Of a stretch of DNA of 64,000 bases, positions 61,824-64,000 are shown one piece after another. The notes under the pieces are model-generated. The model did not search any database and was not told the origin of the DNA. It worked only from the letters and a program-made list of their open reading frames with translations. The stretch comes from an uncultured Trueperaceae bacterium (GTDB lineage Bacteria; Deinococcota; Deinococci; Deinococcales; Trueperaceae): positions 448,001 to 512,000 of the forward strand of contig CAWCXJ010000007.1 in NCBI GenBank assembly GCA_963799485.1, in the 5' to 3' direction. Made by a program: the position numbers and the translations under genes. The first letter of the stretch is position 1; the number at the start of each line of letters is the position of its first letter.

Positions 61824-63601
61824 GCGGGCTCCTTAGTGGATTCGGCGAGGCGTAGCGAGAGTTCCCCCAGCTGCGCCCGCGTCAGTGGCCCCGGCGCGCT
61901 TGTCAGGGGGTCGGCCCCGCGCTGATTTTTAGGAAACGCAATGACTTCACGGAGGCTTTTCGCGCCCGCAAGAAGCATGATCAAGCGATCTAGACCCCAG
62001 GCGACGCCGCCATGTGGAGGCGCGCCGTAAGCGAGGGCGTCTAAAAAGAAGCCGAAGCGTGCCCGCGCCTCGTCGTCCGAAAAACCGAGCGCCCGGAACA
62101 TCGCCAGCTGGGTCTCGAGCTGATAGATACGCAGCGACCCGCCGCCGATTTCAAAGCCGTTCAAAACGAGGTCATAAGCCCACGCCCGCACCTTTTCGGG
62201 TTCGGTAGCGAGCAGCGGCAGGTCTTCGTCGCGTGGACGGGTAAAGGGGTGGTGCATATAGGTGTAGCCGCCCGTCTCCTCGTCGTGCTCCAGAAGCGGA
62301 AAATCGACGACCCACAAAAATGCCAGCTCACCTTCGGGGACGAGATTCAGGTCGTGTGCCAGCTTGAGCCGCACCGCGCCGAGCGCTTCGCACGCGGTGC
62401 GCGTTTTCGCCGCGACGATGAGCAGCAGGTCGCCGTCGCCGGGCGCGTGCTGCATCAACGCCTGCACTTCGGAGTCGGCTAAGAACTTGGCGATTGGGCC
62501 GCTGAACCCCCTACCTTCGCGCCGGAGCCACGCCAGACCCTGCGCGCCGTAAAGTTTGGCGTGCGCCTCGAGCTCCCCCAACCGTTTACGGCTGAGACCC
62601 ACAGCATGTTCCGCCGGAACCGGCAGCGCCCGGACGCTCCCGCCCGAAGCCAGCACCGAGGCAAAGCCGCGAAAGGTCGTGGTGTTAAAAACAGGGGAGA
62701 GGTCGTTCAGCTCGAGCCCGAAGCGCACATCGGGTTTGTCCGAACCGTAACGGGTCAGCGCCTCGTCATAGCTCAGGCGCGGAAACGGCGCAGGAACCTC
62801 GCGCCCCAGCGCTGTTTTGATGACGAACTGCATCAAGCGTTCGTTGAGGTCCAAAATATCGTCCTGGTCGATAAACGACATTTCAATATCGAGCTGGGTA
62901 AAGTCGGGTTGACGGTCGGCGCGGAGGTCTTCGTCGCGGAAGCAGCGGGCAATCTGAAAGTAACGCTCTAAACCGCCCATCATCAGGAGTTGCTTAAAAA
63001 GCTGCGGTGACTGCGGCAGGGCGTAAAAACTGCCGGGTTGCGTCCGCGACGGGACGACGTAATCGCGCGCGCCTTCAGGTGTCGAGAGCGTCAAGAGCGG
63101 TGTTTCGACTTGCATAAACCCTTCTGCGTCTAAAAAGTCCCAGATGGCTTTGCTGACGCGGTGCCGGAGGTAGAGCGGCGCGGCGGCCGCGGGGCGGCGG
63201 AGGTCTAGGTAGCGGTATTTGAGCCGCAACTCTTCACTGACCTCAGCGGCCTCTTCGGGGTTGTTCAGGACAAAAGGCGGGGTTTTGGCTTCGGAGACGA
63301 TGGTGACACCCTCAGCTAACACTTCAACGTCGCCGGTTTTGAGTTTGTCGGTGCGCTGCCCGGCGGGGCGGAGCCGCACGCTGCCGCTGACGCTCACGAT
63401 AAACTCCGGCCTGAGCTGTTCACCTACCGTAAAAGCCGCCGAGTCCGGTTCGATGACGACCTGAACCAGGCCGCTGCGGTCGCGCAAATCCAGAAAGATC
63501 AGCCCGCCGAGGTCGCGGCGGCGGTGAACCCAACCCTGCAGGGTGACGTTCTGGCTTTCGTTGTTGGCGCGCAGGTCGCCGCTCATGTGGGTGCGCTTCA
63601 C
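61820..63601 (-). CDS. aspS: Aspartate--tRNA ligase
   Basis: RRRDLGG, STPEGARDY, LPQSPQLFKQ, FRDEDLRADRQP, PPHGG. Confidence 0.97.
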   Translation of the reverse strand: MKRTHMSGDLRANNESQNVTLQGWVHRRRDLGGLIFLDLRDRSGLVQVVIEPDSAAFTVGEQLRPEFIVSVSGSVRLRPAGQRTDKLKTGDVEVLAEGVTIVSEAKTPPFVLNNPEEAAEVSEELRLKYRYLDLRRPAAAAPLYLRHRVSKAIWDFLDAEGFMQVETPLLTLSTPEGARDYVVPSRTQPGSFYALPQSPQLFKQLLMMGGLERYFQIARCFRDEDLRADRQPDFTQLDIEMSFIDQDDILDLNERLMQFVIKTALGREVPAPFPRLSYDEALTRYGSDKPDVRFGLELNDLSPVFNTTTFRGFASVLASGGSVRALPVPAEHAVGLSRKRLGELEAHAKLYGAQGLAWLRREGRGFSGPIAKFLADSEVQALMQHAPGDGDLLLIVAAKTRTACEALGAVRLKLAHDLNLVPEGELAFLWVVDFPLLEHDEETGGYTYMHHPFTRPRDEDLPLLATEPEKVRAWAYDLVLNGFEIGGGSLRIYQLETQLAMFRALGFSDDEARARFGFFLDALAYGAPPHGGVAWGLDRLIMLLAGAKSLREVIAFPKNQRGADPLTSAPGPLTRAQLGELSLRLAESTKEPA

Positions 63602-64000
63602 CGAGCTACCTGCATTTCTGTAGGTTCTGTACGCGCGGCTAGAAATGCCTCGAGATCGGTTTCGGCAACCTCGAGCTGTTCTCCTGATTCCAAATTTTTG
63701 AGCGTATAGACGCCGCCTTCACGCTCCCGTTCGCCGCGAAGTCCGGCAAAGCGTGCCCCACTGCGCTGCGCGTCCCGGAGACCCTTGCCTGGATTGCGCT
63801 CCTTGTAGCCGTGCTGCACCGCAAAAAGACTCCGCAGCGCAAAAGCGGTGCGGGCGACCTCGGCAACTGCCGCTTCGTCCAGCGGGACGAGAAAGAGGAG
63901 CGGTTTAGCTTCGGTCTCGAGTGCCGCGCCGTCCTGCGCCACCGCGTCGAGCACGCGCTCGACGCCGAACGCCCACCCGATACCGGGCGTGGCGGGGCCG
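63598..64000 (-). CDS. hisS: Histidine--tRNA ligase, 3' part
   Basis: PGIGWAFGVERV (motif 3) plus anticodon domain; hisS-aspS order. Confidence 0.9.
   Translation of the reverse strand, partial: GPATPGIGWAFGVERVLDAVAQDGAALETEAKPLLFLVPLDEAAVAEVARTAFALRSLFAVQHGYKERNPGKGLRDAQRSGARFAGLRGEREREGGVYTLKNLESGEQLEVAETDLEAFLAARTEPTEMQVAR

Noticed and set aside
61820..63601. Non-discriminating AspRS
   Set aside because: RRRDLGG (Leu, not His) and the presence of asnS fit a discriminating enzyme.

Overview
GC-rich bacterial chromosome segment, most likely Deinococcota and Truepera-like. This is inferred from the lptB-DUF3084 and smpB-amidase-like-GerMN gene order, many leaderless starts and strong CTCGAG enrichment. 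Housekeeping genes (trpE/G/D, ubiX-ispD-ispE, leuB, tyrS, gnd-zwf, rocF, lptB, smpB, crcB, asnS, aspS, hisS) flank a ~23.4 kb integrative island in tRNA-Val(GAC), bounded by a 55-bp att duplication (19026-19080 and 42408-42462). The island has a tyrosine integrase, an excisionase-like HTH and a decayed primase/AAA helicase. Its cargo is defence-type: RelE-XRE toxin-antitoxin, an IS1-interrupted SEFIR/TIR protein, type I R-M, an unknown two-gene membrane module, and an R2K ATP-grasp plus RlaP-like nucleotidyltransferase set among small ORFs. A remnant of a second related element follows the right att site, overlaid by IS630 and IS3. The strongest candidates for undescribed systems are (i) a coupled three-gene surface module (cohesin lipoprotein, TIMP/OB-like protein, matrixin pseudo-protease with dockerin), (ii) the ATP-grasp/nucleotidyltransferase/small-ORF cassette region, (iii) the unknown two-gene module beside hsdR and (iv) an IS630-like HTH in the island's repressor position. 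All family calls are by eye, without database searches.
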